Shown: piece after piece, positions 24,654-38,650 of the stretch | How the letters are laid out: every line of letters begins with the position of its first letter | Numbering within the stretch: position 1 is the stretch's first letter | Source of the DNA: Felis catus | Taxonomy: Eukaryota | NCBI RefSeq assembly: GCF_018350175.1 | Contig: NC_058368.1 | Location: 159,528,001 to 159,592,000, forward strand | Direction: 5' to 3' | DNA: 64,000 nucleotides | Notes under the pieces: generated by a model | The model's database searches: none | Told to the model about the DNA's origin: nothing | The model's input: the letters and a program-made list of their open reading frames with translations, nothing else | Position numbers and translations under genes: made by a program

Positions 24654-27229
24654 TACCCAAAAAATATTTCTACATTCTACTACTTTTCAGGTTTTTGTTT
24701 TGTTATTGTTCTTTTTAATCCTGACTACATGCAAAAATCTCGTATATAATGATGGAGTAAAAACTCAAGTCTTGATTTCAAACACTATTCTTAGTTCAGA
24801 AGGAAAGAAAAAGGACATCTCTCAAAAGTTAATGTTACTAGCCTCAAGACCGTGCCGGAGTCTTGACCTGTGCTTCCTCTCCCAAAATAGTTGCTTATTA
24901 TAAGACACTGAAAATTAATATCCAAATCAAGCTTCACATTTTTTGTCTCTGCCAGAGACCTTAGTGGTGCAATTCAAGTTAGAAAGTGTCCATAAAAAAG
25001 TGACATTTCCATTCAAATCTAAGTAGGAAACTCTGAGGACAATGAACCCATACTAATGAATAAGTGAATTTGCACAATAATTGTGTTGAGAAGGTTGTAT
25101 TATAGCAATATATCACTCTCCCAGCACTATTTGAGCCAGGGTAATTACACTGCCATGAAATGACAAGAACAACAGTAAGATGCTGTTTGATTTTCTAATT
25201 ACTATTGAGGAATGCCTCCTGAGCCCAGCCTTGAAGGCTTCTCTTTGGAATCATCGCAGCTCATGCTGCTTCTCATGCATTATACATTAAACGCATATGG
25301 CTGTTTGAGGTGGAGGGTCTCTAGAGGGAAGTTCCATACTGCTCTTTTCACTGTGGGAGGGAGAAAAGTAGGAAAAACAAGAAAGAAGGGAGAAGGCCGG
25401 ACTAGTGAGAGACGGAAGGAAGGAATACAACTGGGCTAAGTTCAGAATTCAGGCAAAGGTGAGTCGCATTAATAACCATTAAAAACAGATGGGAGCCACT
25501 TCTAGAAGATTTTTTGTGTTTAGGTTTTTGTTGCTAAGCTTGAAGAAGCTCCCAAACAAGCTTTCTCTCCAAAAATGTCAGTTTCTACTAAGAATCTGTC
25601 AGTCCTATCATTTGCTAAGGAGAAAGAGCTGGAGCTATTTGGCAAAATGGATCTTTGCACTTCATGTTTGATTTTAATGGAATCATGTTTAAAAATGATA
25701 TTTAAAGGTATCTATACAATATAATGCATACAAAAATATTTTTATTTGACCAAACATTTGTAATTTCTTTTAAAAAGAAAGTATAGGCATTTTTCAGTAT
25801 GCTCAGAACCCACCCCCAACAGTGTCCCTTTTAAAACAAACAGCAGATTATTAATTCCTCAGAAATAAATTACAGAAGGAATCCCTTCAGCTCTTCTCAA
25901 CAGAATAATGCATCTAACTTTTAATTTATGCAAATCTTGAAAGTTATACCTATTTATTAGTCACATTCACCTTTGTTTCTCTGCCCTAGAATGATATTCT
26001 TCAGATTCCATAGACTTAAAAGATCACCTAATAATATAAAGAAGAATTGAGCCAAGCACAGTTATAAGTTTTTAAAATCCATTATTTTATTTATTTCTCA
26101 TAAGAATCCAGTCAGACATATATTTATATTACTCTTATTATTTTTCCCTTACAAATGGAAAAACCGAGGCTCAGAAAGGCGATATATTTATAAAAAGCTC
26201 AGCTCTCTATATTAAATGTTATCATTAATATGAAAGATTATAAAATGTGCACTTTACTTTTGTTCTTGCAACTGGATACATGGTTTAATGTAATTTTATT
26301 TTTAATTTGATTAGTCATCTTGCCTACAGATATAAATACAGCCTTGAAAGTTGACAGGTCATTTTCATAGTGCTTCCTTTTTCACAGAAAAACAAAACTA
26401 AACAACAACAATAAAAAAAAACTGTATGAATTAAAATAGTAATGGCATTTCAGCCAATGGGCTGTTAAATGTCATCCCACTCACATTTTCATTATCAACA
26501 CCTCTTTATAAGTTGGGTGACATGGTTTCCTGTCTGCAAATGTTAAATTTCCAATTAAATATCTACCAGTTAAAAAATATTTTTAAAAGAATCTGATATA
26601 GGTTAGTAAGCACAGGCATGATGGATGGAAGAGAAGCCTGCAAATAGCTCTGAGCAGATTCTCTGTATTTTTTTTTTTAAATGAAGCAAAGCTCTAAGGA
26701 GACATTACATTTTATTGTTTCCAAAAAGATGGTGTTTTTCTCTTTACAATTCTGGCTTCTTGCCCCTGTGCTCCTATATAGTTAGGAGCCTAAGGGGGCT
26801 CCAGATCTCCGTCCCTCACTCTGCTTTTTGTCAATGACAAATGAAATCTCTCCCTCACAACCAGTCTATGGTTCGACCTGTGCCTAGTGCACTATCCCTT
26901 ATTAATCAGGATGAGACATGCATCTGCTGCCCTGAATTACCAAGCATATGAGTTATAATAGTTGAATACAAACTAAAAAGAATGTTCAAAAATATTAAGC
27001 TGTCAGGTATGCAAAGTCCTGAGCACTTTTTGTTTTAAAATAATATACTCAGAAATTTATTTTATTTTTTTGCTTGTTTGTTTCTCTTGAGGGCAAATGG
27101 TCCTCAGAAAATAATAGTTCAATTACAATAAGCAAAAAAAAAATTAAGGCACATAACTATTCTATTCTCCACTTTTTAAATTAGTAAATGAGCTTAAAAT
27201 TCCATTTAATAAGTGTAATTATAAGCAAG

Positions 27230-27775
27230 TGTAGGGAAAGAACAACACTTTTCCCTCTATCCTTCTGATTCTTGGCTCTCTGCTATAATAAAAGATGGAA
27301 TAAGAGAAGAATTAGAGAAGTTTATTAACATATATACCTCATATGTACAGGGGAGATACACAGGGAAAAATGAGTAACTCCCTGAGGTGGCCTAAGCCAC
27401 CAGTTTAAAACTATCTCAGCTAAAGACAAAAGAAAGAAAGGAGTGTGTGCTGGGGGGGGTGGGGATGAGGCCAATTATGTGAGATTACCAGGAAAAGCAA
27501 GGGTAAACAAGGCCGAGGTTTGCTATGCATCTGTGCCTTCTCCATTAATAAGATTCTCTTGTGATTTAGTGTCATCCTTCTGTTCTTGGTACACAGAGAG
27601 AGACATCCTTACAAATGGAGATTTATTTTATAAATGTAAATTTCCCTTGCAAAAGGATAACTTATACTCTGTTTCAGAGCTTGTCCTGTGTCCACTGTTT
27701 CTCAAAATAATCAGTTTAAAATAATCTATATGCCAAAGAGGCAAATTTTGGGTTGGCACATTCTGCTACTCTTCA
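27230..27775 (-). mobile_element. Solo LTR, same ERV1/MER34-like group
   Basis: TG...CA termini; minus strand starts tgaagagtagcagaatgtgccaacccaaaatttgcctctttggcatatagattatttt. Confidence 0.75.
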
Positions 27776-28429
27776 TAATGTAGTCATTTGTTTCTGTTTG
27801 TGTTCTTCACTAGATTGAGTCAAAACTAGGAGGCATTTTATACATCTTTGTAATCTCCCCCCCTCCTACTAGTGTTTCCTGCATTATCTGGTAAATAGTA
27901 GATACTCAAAATGTATTAGATGATGGGCGAATAAGCAGATATATAAATAAAATAATGTGTAGAATTGTAGAAAAGAGAGCTTTAGAGATTATTTTGCTCA
28001 ACAAATGGGAAAATCAGTACCTTTAAATGTAAAAATTAAAGATGTAAATAGAAAAAGTCTGAGATCTGATTAGAGTCAGAATCAGAACTCAGTCCTATTT
28101 CACTCACCATGCTTTTTATTGTTTTACACTTAAACTCTAAAGTACATCCATGTAACAGTGAAATAGAAAGAAAGGCTTAATGAGTAAAAATGTGCATAGG
28201 TAGACAGAAAGAAACCAAGACAAATGGGAAAAGACACAAGGAGAGGCATAGAAACACAGTAACAAACTAACAACCCCAGAGAATATAAAGAATCAAACTC
28301 AGAGATACACTTCTATGACCTGGTATCCCCACCTTGTGGCGTTTTGTATAATTCACCTAAAGACTTTAAAGTTATGTTGCATTTTTACAACTTCAAACTT
28401 TAAAGCACTTTTTATCAGTTGATATGCAC

Positions 28430-28945
28430 TGTAAGGTATCTATCAATAAAAAAACAATTAAGTGGATCACAGTGCAGGTATATGATGGAATACTATACAA
28501 ATGTGACTTCTATTATGTACTTATACTGATGTGGACCAAACTTTGTTTTAAAAACTAACTGTAAAAAACAAAAACAAGAAGCAAAAATCATATGCTACTA
28601 AATGGACGAAAAAAAAGCAGCATAGATATGTATGTACATACTTGACAAATCTAGAGTATCCCAGATTGTATATACACAAAAATTAGAAAACAGGTTGACT
28701 TTGGAGAGGAAACTAAAGGACTAGAGATGAGAAGTGGGCATTGTGTTGATGTGCTCCCATGGCAATATTTAAATTTCTCACTAGATAATCTTCTAAAAAT
28801 AAAAAAATGGAAATAAAGAGCTGGTGTGGCTCATAAGGTAGTAGAATCCCATTGCTGACACTTTTTAAAAAAAATTCTTCAAGTTTTTCCAGGATTTTTG
28901 AACACCAGTAAGTAGTCACAAACTAACAAAATAAAATGAAAGGAA
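28430..28945 (+). mobile_element. Old L1 (L1ME-like) 3' fragment
   Basis: tatctatcaata...atgatggaatactatac L1 3' motifs, highly diverged. Confidence 0.5.
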
Positions 28946-29305
28946 ATTACATTAGAAATTGAATGTAACTATGCCTTCTAGTTCAGAGCACAGTGTTTGA
29001 CATCAAGTAAGCAGTAAGTCACAAAACCTGATGCTAGTCAATGAGTTACAGATAGTGGTTTCTTTCACCCTCTTCTTTTCTACCTACATCACTCACTGAG
29101 GTCTACTTACTTTTTCTCAGAGGCTCCAAGTCAAAAAGTAATTATTTTCTGCTTATGTCCTATCACTCCTTGCCTAAGCCTCTGACTAGTGGACGTAGGG
29201 ACATTATTAGACATATGGTTTGATGTGAGCATTTCCATCAACTCATGAGACTAATTGTACTAGATAATTTGTCTCTAAAAGGGTAGGTATAATAACTCTT
29301 GAAAG

Positions 29306-29719
29306 GAATATCACTCAGCCATAAAAAAGAATGAAATCTTGCCATTTGTAACAATATGAATAGATCTCGAGGGTATAATACTAAGTGAAATGAGTCAGTC
29401 AAAGAAAGACAAATACCATATAATTTCACTCATGTGTGGAAGTTAGGAAACAAAACAAACAAAATTAAGAGACAAACAAAAAACAGTAATAAATATAGAA
29501 AACAAGCTGGTAGTTGCCAGAGGCCAGGTGAATGGGAGATGGATAAAATAGGTGAAGGGGATTAAGAGAACACTTATCTTGATGAGCACTGAGTAATATT
29601 TAGAATTGTTGAATCACTATATTGTACACTTGAATCTAATATAGCACTGTGTTAATTATCCTGGAATTAATACACATACACACAAAAAAGTAAATAAATA
29701 GAAAAAATAAAAATAAAGC
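29306..29719 (+). mobile_element. 5'-truncated carnivore L1 3' end
   Basis: gaatatcactcagccataaaaaagaatgaaatcttgccattt...gatgagcactgagtaat and an A-rich tail. TSD ataactcttgaaag 29292-29305 / ataacttttgaaag 29720-29733. Confidence 0.92.
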
Positions 29720-31779
29720 ATAACTTTTGAAAGAAGACATTTCTGAAAGGGAACAGCTGGAGCAATATGAAAAGATTATGTGGAAAGAAAACCATACACT
29801 TGGTTAGAAACATAGGTTCAGTGATCTAATTATACATTCTGAGGACTTCAAGCAGTAATGCCACAAAATATCTCGAGCTGCCTTAAATCTTTCTTAGAAT
29901 AATATGAAGATATAAACAAGTATGTATTTATTAACTCATACTGATTACATTATATGTCACCAGTAAAAAGGGAAGCATACTTTTTATATCTCCATGGCAT
30001 GACCCGATTGCTGATCCTACCCCTTGATGGGGGAATGCCAAGTCACATTGCAAAAGAACATGTGTCTTAGGAAATCTTATTACAACTATCTTTGGAAAAT
30101 TGAATAAGCCACACTGAAATGTCTTCCAGAACCCAAACGATGTATTCATGGGCTGTAATTGTGTTATAGTAGAAGGACCACATGCTTAGGAGTCAGAAAA
30201 CCAAGTGTTAGTTCCACCCTTTAGTAACTTCATAACTTGTCACAAACAAGAATATTAATTAAATAATTTTGATTGAGTAAATATGGAAAATACTGACTAT
30301 ACAATAATTTTGAAAATTTAAAAGTTAATATAAAACTACCTCATGATTCTGTCCTTAATTAACCTTATTTCTTATTCTCTCTTTCTATAGTGATTTCACC
30401 TTAACTATTGCCTTAGTAACTTCACTTCCATCCTAGCGAGTGACTCTCAAATCTACATTTATAACAATGAATTAATGCTCTAGCTCTATACCAGAATCCC
30501 AATATGGATGTCCTTCCAACAAAACAAAAGCTATAAAAGACATTATTGGAAATATTGGAAAAATGTGTATAGATTGTAGGTTAGATAATAATACAATAAT
30601 TTTAAGTTTCTTGATTCCCTCTTTCACAAATCTTAATGGTCATTCACTTGGGATATTGAAATTAACATATTTGAATGTTACTTTCCCATTCTTTTTCATC
30701 CCAGATTACCACTCTAAAACCTTCCCTGTCTTCCTGGGGAAAAAAAAAAAAAGTCTTCAATGTTCCTACATATGCCTAAAATAACGAAGTCTGTATTCAT
30801 GTACCTCCTTCTATATCCCTCCACCTTAGTATATAAATTATAAATATCCACCTATATTTGCAATCATCTTTTGCTCTATGACTGAGCATTTAAGAAAAAT
30901 TAAACCTAAACTAAGAAAATGTGTTTATGCGTCAGAAATGAGGATGCTGCAGACAGTTTACAATGTGGATGGGAGGAGCCTGTGTGAAGAAAGATATGGA
31001 TTTGTAATATGCTATATAGGATTAGGCACTGTAGTCTGGTGGCATCATTAATCAAAGCTAAAAAATTACCTAACAGAACCCAGCAGTCCCAGACACCAAC
31101 CATCTATTTTCTTGCTGCTTTCTTGTATAAGCATGCCACTGTGAATTTGATTAACACCTTTCTCTAATCTTTCTGTTCAGCTCTACCACCTGTTTTATAA
31201 ATTATTATTACTATCAGTCAGGATTAGGATTGGTTTATTTGTCTTCAGTTAAGGCAGACCCTGGGGAAGAGTTTTCTGACCTAATCACGTTTTTTTTAAA
31301 CAAGTACACCCACATATCCTTATGGACTTGGCAAGCTTTGTGCCTACAAATTGTGATGTTCTGATATGCGGTAAAATTATTTCACTCTGAAGTAACTTCA
31401 GATTGAGCCATTTATCTCAGAACATCAAGTGCTGTCTTAAAAGATAAAATGAATTGTAGCTCAATTGTCTAGTTAATTTCCTAAAATGGAGAGCCCTTGT
31501 CAGTGAGTGTTACTCATGTACACACCCAATCTCCTTTAACTAGACTCTAAGCCTCATTTTAGGATTCCTATCACACTCAATACATACACATACACATACC
31601 ACTTAGTCCAGTGCCATAGACATAGTAAATGTGCAAGATACATTTGATAAGTGAGTAAATCAAGTACTCCATCTTGTCTTTTATTTAATATATGCTAGAT
31701 ATTTTTACCTGAATTATCAAATTCAACTCTTCAGTTTATTTTTCTGATCACAGCATGTTAGATTTGTGGAATTGCAGAG

Positions 31780-31950
31780 TTCACAGGCAGCTTTGGGATT
31801 CATAGAATGCAGCTCTTTATTTCCCAGATGAGAATACTGGAGTTATAAGAGATTAAGACAATTTTCTAAAGTCATGCAACTAAAGAGTGGCAGTTCCAGA
31901 ACCAGCCTCAATATGAGTTCTAGAATTCTCTCTGCACCATACTAAACTGC
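31780..31950 (-). mobile_element. MIR/MIR3 fragment
   Basis: tttcccagatgagaatactggagttataagagattaag...aaagtcatgcaactaa. Confidence 0.6.
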
Positions 31951-34784
31951 CTCCCATCCAAGCAATCTAACTACATGGTGAAAACACAATCACATAAACC
32001 TTAGTATTATATCTGCTTATTTCTCTGCAGAGCATGTCCTTTTTGCCTTCAAATGAAAAAATATGAATATTTGTCTAAGATATTGTATAAGTTGAATATG
32101 CACAAAGAAAGTCATTGAAAGACACCAACAACCTTTGGCATTATCACAATAAATAACAGAGACAGAAAAAGTTCTTGAGATTTTTCCTGAGTTGATCCAA
32201 CCCAGGATTCATTAGGCAAAATTATTATCTTGTGTAGAATTTGAAGGGAGTGCAACAACAGGAGAGTAAAGGAAAAAGAATACACATTGACTTCATCTAG
32301 TCATTCAGAAACCTTGATTGAGAATCACCTTTGCTAGACAATATATAGTATATAGGGAGAGAAATAGGTGGACATCTTCAAAGGTCTAACAGTTTCATAA
32401 GATGAAATCTAGTAGTGCTTTTTTTTCTATGAATCACATACTGACATTCCACAGCCCACAAAAGGAAGCTTTTGTGACTTTTACATAGCCACAACTTGCA
32501 TGCAGAATGGCAACTGAGCTTTAAAAATATAAATGTGTAAATAACTGATAAGTTCCCCTTCCCTGAACAACAGCAAAAAAAAAAAGCGTTTAAACTGAAG
32601 AGAAAAAGCACATTTCAGCTATAGTTGGAATAATTTTTAAAAAATCAAAGAGTGATCTTCAGAGTCACTTAGGCTGAGTATTATAGACAAAGCAGGCAGT
32701 CTTCTAATGACCTATGGTGTAACCTTTGTGTGCCTGAGCAATGGCTGTTTACAGAGACTGTGGGATCACTGGATTTACATGCTAGGGAAGTTTACAATGA
32801 AGTTCCTAATCTTGGAAATAAAGGAAAGGTGATGGGGACAGCCAAATGTCTAGGGGAACCAAGGAAGTTACTTTTTACTTCCAGATGAGTTGCTTCTTGG
32901 AAATCCCAGCCTATCTAAAGAGAGTATTGTGGACTGCAGGGAGGGGTAGTGACAGCAATAACCAGCTACCATTAATCTACTGGAGGTATTCAAATTCTAC
33001 CACGCCATTCTTATGTATTGACTGGCAGTCAGTATATTTGATTTGATCAACTTTCTGATCCAATAAAGTCAAGACAACCAAAATAACAAATGCAGACTAA
33101 GTGAGCAAATGTGATTATCCTTATATAAATAAACTCTATTGGAAAAAATAAAATAGCAGCTATAGAAATGAAAACAATGATGCCAATATTTATCGAGACT
33201 TAGTATGCTTCAATTGCTGTATGTAAATTATTTTATTTAATCCTGACAGTAACCCCTCTAAGATATACATTATTACTTACCATCAAACCCCAAGCTTCCC
33301 CCTTCATTTGAATACACATTTCTAATGTACTTTGTTGGTGATCTCTTCTAAGTCATTTGGCATAGTCTATCTTGATTTCTGAATTATGTGCCTGCTTATT
33401 TCTTTTTCTAGATTATAAACCTTGAGGGCAGGAACCATGAGAGCAAAGTAACATTACTTTTCATTTAAGTGGGTATCCACAAATATTTGCAGGATTGGAT
33501 TGAATTACTTTTAATTTAAAAATAGCTTGTAAGTATGTAAGAAAACCCAAGTTACTGAAGAGTTAATTAGTAAACCACCGTTCAAACTCCAGGTTTTTGT
33601 TAGTCACCATGACATCTATGTGGCTCTAAATCTAAGCCAATTTGCTATTTCTAAATTTGTATTCTACAATAATTTGACAGTTTAACAATATTATTACTAA
33701 TTTCTATTCATCTAAGGGTGGGCTAACTAGGAAACTGAGGTTTTCCAAGTATGAAATGGAGTGCAGACCTCAAAGCAAATAATTTCTATGTAGCCAGATA
33801 TGGATATGCAAGGTTATGAAGGCAGTTATTTATATAAGTTAATAACAAGTCATAAGGGGAATTTATTATACTAGGATCAAAAATAATACTCTAACAAGCC
33901 TTTTTGATGCTCTTTCCCTCATTATTACTGTCATTTCACAGATACTGTCCTGGATCACAGCTTTCAATGACTTAGTGTCATATAAAATATAATTTGCTTT
34001 GGACTGCATTGGAAAACTATACAATTAATTTCTTGGCAGAGAAAAATACTTAAGAAATAAAAGTAACTTTCTCAGGAATTTAATGCAAGCATGCTACTTA
34101 GCAATATTAAATATTTTACATTCACAAATATTCTAGTCCTTTTCTGTCACATCATGCAACAATATTTTGAAAAGACACTTACTGCTTTTACTTGTATTTT
34201 TTTTAGATGAGGAGGCTTATATGGGGAGTTTTGATATTGCTAGCCCAAGGTTAATAATTACATCATTTTGAAGCTAAAGGTAGAATTATAAACCTTTGTT
34301 TTATATATAACTACAGATCATAGGACAACTTACAGTAATATGAAACAATCTCTTGTAGCTACTTATATAGCCTCTATTTCCATTTTCCATGGCATACTAT
34401 TTCATTCCAGTGCCTTTCATTCAACTCTCAATCACTCCCAATCAGATAAAATATTTTTCTGGAAGACCAATTATTTATTCCATTACTCTTTGGCCTCATA
34501 TTTGTAGTGTCCTAAGGTTCATATCTGAGTTTCTAAAATTGACTCCCCTAACTCAGACCTACCCATTCTATCCCACCTAATTCCTTAGTTCTCTTTGTGT
34601 ACTCGATGTTGTAGACAAATCTGTCCTTTGAACACAAATGGACCTACCTTTTCATCTTTCTTTTGAGAAAAGTTTCCCAGTGTCTCAGCACCGATCACAT
34701 CCTACCCTTGTGGAGCAATTCACACCTTATTCAAAGCTTCTCTTTATGCTCTTTTTAGCCTAAAAGTAAAAACGGAGACAATAT

Positions 34785-35316
34785 TTGCACCAGCTATCTT
34801 TTTTGCATGGCATATTACTCTATAGTTCAGTGATTTAACAGCAATTATTACTATTTCTCTCTGTTTCTGTGAATTAAGTATTTGAAGAGGGTTGTGTGAG
34901 CAGTTCTGTCTCAGTCTCTCATGAGGTTGCAGTCAGATGTTGGCCAGGCCATCATCATCTGAAGGTTTCAGTGAGGCTGGAAGATCTGCTTCCAAAGTAT
35001 TTTACTCACATGGCTGGCAAATGCAGATTTTTTATGGGAAGCCTCAGTTACCCTCTCTGTGGGCCTCTCCACAGGGCTACTTGAATGTCCTTAAGATATG
35101 GAGGCTGGCTTTTCCCAGAGTGAACAATCTAAAAAACCAAGGTGGAATCTTTATTGCCTTTTATAAGCTACCTTAGAATCACACTCTATCACTTCCACAA
35201 TATTCCATTGGTGACATGGGTTAGCACTGATTTACTGTGTATTTGCTTCAACACAAGGACATAAATATGAGGAACCAAGGAGTATTAGGAGGCATCTAGG
35301 AGACTTGGTAACAACA
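34785..35316 (-). mobile_element. MaLR LTR (MLT1F/G/H-like)
   Basis: ctcatgaggttgcagtcagatgttggc...tcatctgaagg...gaagatctgcttccaa motifs. Confidence 0.8.
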
Positions 35317-35670
35317 TTAATTGTAATAAACAACCTCTTTAGCGCTCTGCCTTTATCTAGTATTTGGGATCTCTAGAATCTCTTAAAATCTCCCCTAATT
35401 ATTTCTAAAAGAATCGCATATGGATTGAAACAGAGTTCTCTTAAATACCATGCAATCACTGCCTTTCTCCCCCCCTCTTTTGTTCCATTCCTGGCTCTCA
35501 GTGCTAAGGTCTGCTCCTCAGGCTTAAGGCTTATAAAATATCATGAAGACCTTTTTCTGGCACAGATCCTGATAATTAATATGCACTATGCAAGGCCCTC
35601 CTGGGCTAAAACCTCTCTGTTGTGCCAAACATGGTGTAGTGCCTGATGTTGCTGACATCATGGAAGCCAC

Positions 35671-36821
35671 CTCTTCACTGGATGCCTTCAGAGTGACAGC
35701 AATGCTGTGCAATACGTTCTCTACATAAATAGGAGAGAATCCTCAGTCAGCCCCTGCATTTTACTCCATTGCATGGTGACAGAGCTCCCAGTGATTTCAG
35801 GCTTTTTGATAAAAGAGCTCTGTCTGTCAAATATTACCTGGGTCCTTCTAGCACTTGACCTGAGTCATTTGGGGTTGAAGGGCTGGGCAACAGACACCAT
35901 TCTATATTAATAATGACTCTTTCTTTCCAGTACTGATGATATTTTTGGGCACAAATATGTGCCAGATTCCCTTCTTCCTTGTAATATTTATTTCCCAGGA
36001 GGCTTTCTTTCTCATAAAAATCTGCCTTTGGTAGACCTCTACAACAAGAGTTTTAAAGCGCATTCAATTTAGGTCCAATTGGGACTCCCGTTATACTCCT
36101 CCAAGTAGCATTTCTTAAAGGTCTCTATCCACATAGATGGACAATTATTTTATTGGAATAAATGGAGCCTCTTTCTATGTTTGATTCTGAGAGATGCTGA
36201 AACTCATACCGTAAATGGCCAGAAACTAACTGTGTAAAACTTTCCAGAAGTTCTGATCACAGGAGTAGCATAATCAACTTTGATTCAGTCTGTCTTTAGC
36301 AACCTCTCCTGTGAAAGTTAATTCCTTTTAGAAGAGCCTTCTCCATTCCCTCACAGTACCATTTAGGGAGGCAGAGTAACTAATGAGATAGCCCACAGGC
36401 TTTGAAGTCAGACAGATTTAAAGCCCATTTGTCCACATAGTAGTTAAATAAAATTGGTGACTTTACTAATTTACTAAATCTGATTTTCTTCATCTGATAT
36501 TATATGGTTATTGTGAGAATTACATAAGAATATTTAGGTCTGTGCTTTACAAATAAGTGCTTAAGAACATTAGCCATTATCATTATCTTCAAAATAGTTA
36601 TAGATGCTGGTCCTTAATAAAACTTCTTGGCATTCTGGAAAATTCCCCTTCATAGCCGGTGACTCATAGTAAACCAACATCTAGCTCTGAATTGATTCTT
36701 GAGGCCACATCATCAGCTACCACCTTTTTGTCCCCAAAAGTCAAATTCCACTTTAGGATCCTCAGGGTGCAAATAATTGGAGGGGTGAATCCCAACTTAC
36801 CTTTTGTCTTTATTATTGGTT
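35671..36821 (-). ncRNA. Second candidate exon group (36801-36821; 35838-35901; 35671-35720)
   Basis: 21-nt segment ctctgttgttaatgtcctag|...AAAG|gtaagt. A 117-nt intron 35721-35837 has CAG|gtaata, a ctgac branch motif and ttctctcctatttatgtag. Confidence 0.35.
36368..36590 (+). mobile_element. MIR SINE
   Basis: aggctttgaagtcagacag...ttttcttcatctg...gttattgtgagaattacataag. Confidence 0.7.
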
Positions 36822-37462
36822 CTAGGACATTAACAACAGAGTTCTGCCTATGAATCAATTTCAAAAGCAGGATATTACGGTTCCTGGCAACATTCTGCTC
36901 TGCATTTTCCTTTTCTGGTGGTTGCCTTCATCCCAGAATTCATTTGTCAGTATTCATTTGCCAAGAAGACTGTAGAATTGTGTTTCTCAAACTATGATCC
37001 CTACATTACTTTGAGAAGGAAGCTATATTAGCTAAAATTTAGATTCCTTGGCCCCATTCCAAACTTATTGAATCCGAATACAAGGTGGTAGGACACAAGA
37101 GTAAATATATATTTTTTTCCAACTTTCTCTTAACATGATTGAAATGCAGGGAGCTTGTGTATAAACTTTGAGTAGTACCAGCTCACAACACAAAAAGCTG
37201 GAAAACCAAGAAATCAAAACATCATGAACTAAGCCTTATCCTTAAAGGGCCAGAAAAGCTGAATTTAACAATTTAACATGGCTCACCAGGTAGATGATTT
37301 GGCTTTTCCTTTTTCACGTGCCACAGGGGAAAATGGTATGGATGAATCAGTTACAAAATGGTTTGTAGCTCCAATTCTCAGTTCTATATATTTATTACAC
37401 ATGACATTAGAGAAGGGGTTGATGATCAGCCACTAGTTTGGATGGACCTCAAAGGTATTTCT

Positions 37463-37689
37463 TTTTATTTTTTTTTTATTTTTTTAATGTTTATTCTTGA
37501 GAGAGAGAGAGAGAGAGCACACTCATAGTGGGGGAGAGTCAGAGAGAGAGGGAGATACAGAATCTGAAGCAGGCTCCAGGCCCTGAGCTGTCAGCACAGA
37601 GCCTGACATGGGGCTTGAACTCACAGACCGAGAGATCATGACCTGAGCTGAAGTTGGACACTTAACGAAATGAGCCACCCAGGTGCCCC
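37463..37689 (-). mobile_element. Can-SINE, SINEC_Fc-type
   Basis: gaatctgaagcaggctccagg core. TSD ctcaaaggtatttct 37448-37462 / ctcaaagttatttct 37690-37704. Confidence 0.96.
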
Positions 37690-38083
37690 CTCAAAGTTAT
37701 TTCTAATATGATACCTTGAAATCCTGGCTTATTTGGTAGCTATTTTATGATTTGTGCTCTACCCCCCTCCACCTTGGATTTTGCTTATCTTAATGCTAAA
37801 ACTGGCTTCCTATTCTCATCTAGTATGTGGTAATTATGGGAATCTAGGATGCTGTAAGTTTTTTCCCTTACAATCTAAGCCACCATGAACATTTCACTAT
37901 GGCAACCATTTGCTTTCAGTGATTCCCATCTCACCTCCTGTGCCTGTTAAATGTTTTATTCCTACAACATATAAGTAGAACTTTCCTGCATTATGCTATA
38001 TCTTAAGAAAGCTCAAATCACCCCCTTTTCCCAGCTATGCCTTTACTGACTTCTATGGAGTACTCAAAATCCAACAGTCAAAA

Positions 38084-38087
<4 letters not shown>

Positions 38088-38126
<39 letters not shown>

Positions 38127-38258
38127 TATATATAACAGTTTATATATATAATATATATTATATATATTGTATATAATGTATATAAATATATACTGTTTAT
38201 ATATATAATATATACTGTTTCTATATGTATACTTATGTGTGTGTGTATATATATATAA
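38088..38258. repeat. (TA)n-rich microsatellite
   Basis: Directly visible. Confidence 0.95.
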
Positions 38259-38279
38259 GCATAAGATGCTCAAGGCTGG

Positions 38280-38650
38280 TGTATTAGTTATCTAAACTAA
38301 TTAGATAATAAATAAATAAATTACCCCCAAAACTAATGACTGAAAACAACAAACGTTTATTATCTCACAGTTTCTGTGACTCAGGAATCCAGGAGTAGTG
38401 AGGCTGTGTAAGTCCTTAGGCTGTAATTGTGGTGTTTCTAGGGCTTCGTTTATCTTGGGGGTCAAATGGGGGACAACACGCTTGCAAGCTCACTCACATG
38501 GTATTGTTGGCAGGCCTTGCTAACTCTTAGCTGAAGGAATTCATTCCTTACCAAACGGTCTCCCCATAAGGTTTTGTAACAGCATTGCATCTGGCCTTCC
38601 ACAGAGTGAAGTTTCCAAGAAACAGAGAGACAGACAGACAGAGACAGACA
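38280..38650 (-). mobile_element. MaLR LTR (MLT1-type), partial
   Basis: tgtattagttatcta...aaaacaacaaacgtttattatctcacagtttctgtg...caggaatcc. Confidence 0.8.

Noticed and set aside
24122..27775. Single provirus with two LTRs
   Set aside because: The LTRs are visibly divergent from each other, the interior has no gag/pol similarity and includes an older MIR-like piece near 26100-26180, and no shared TSD is visible. Two independent solo LTRs fit better.
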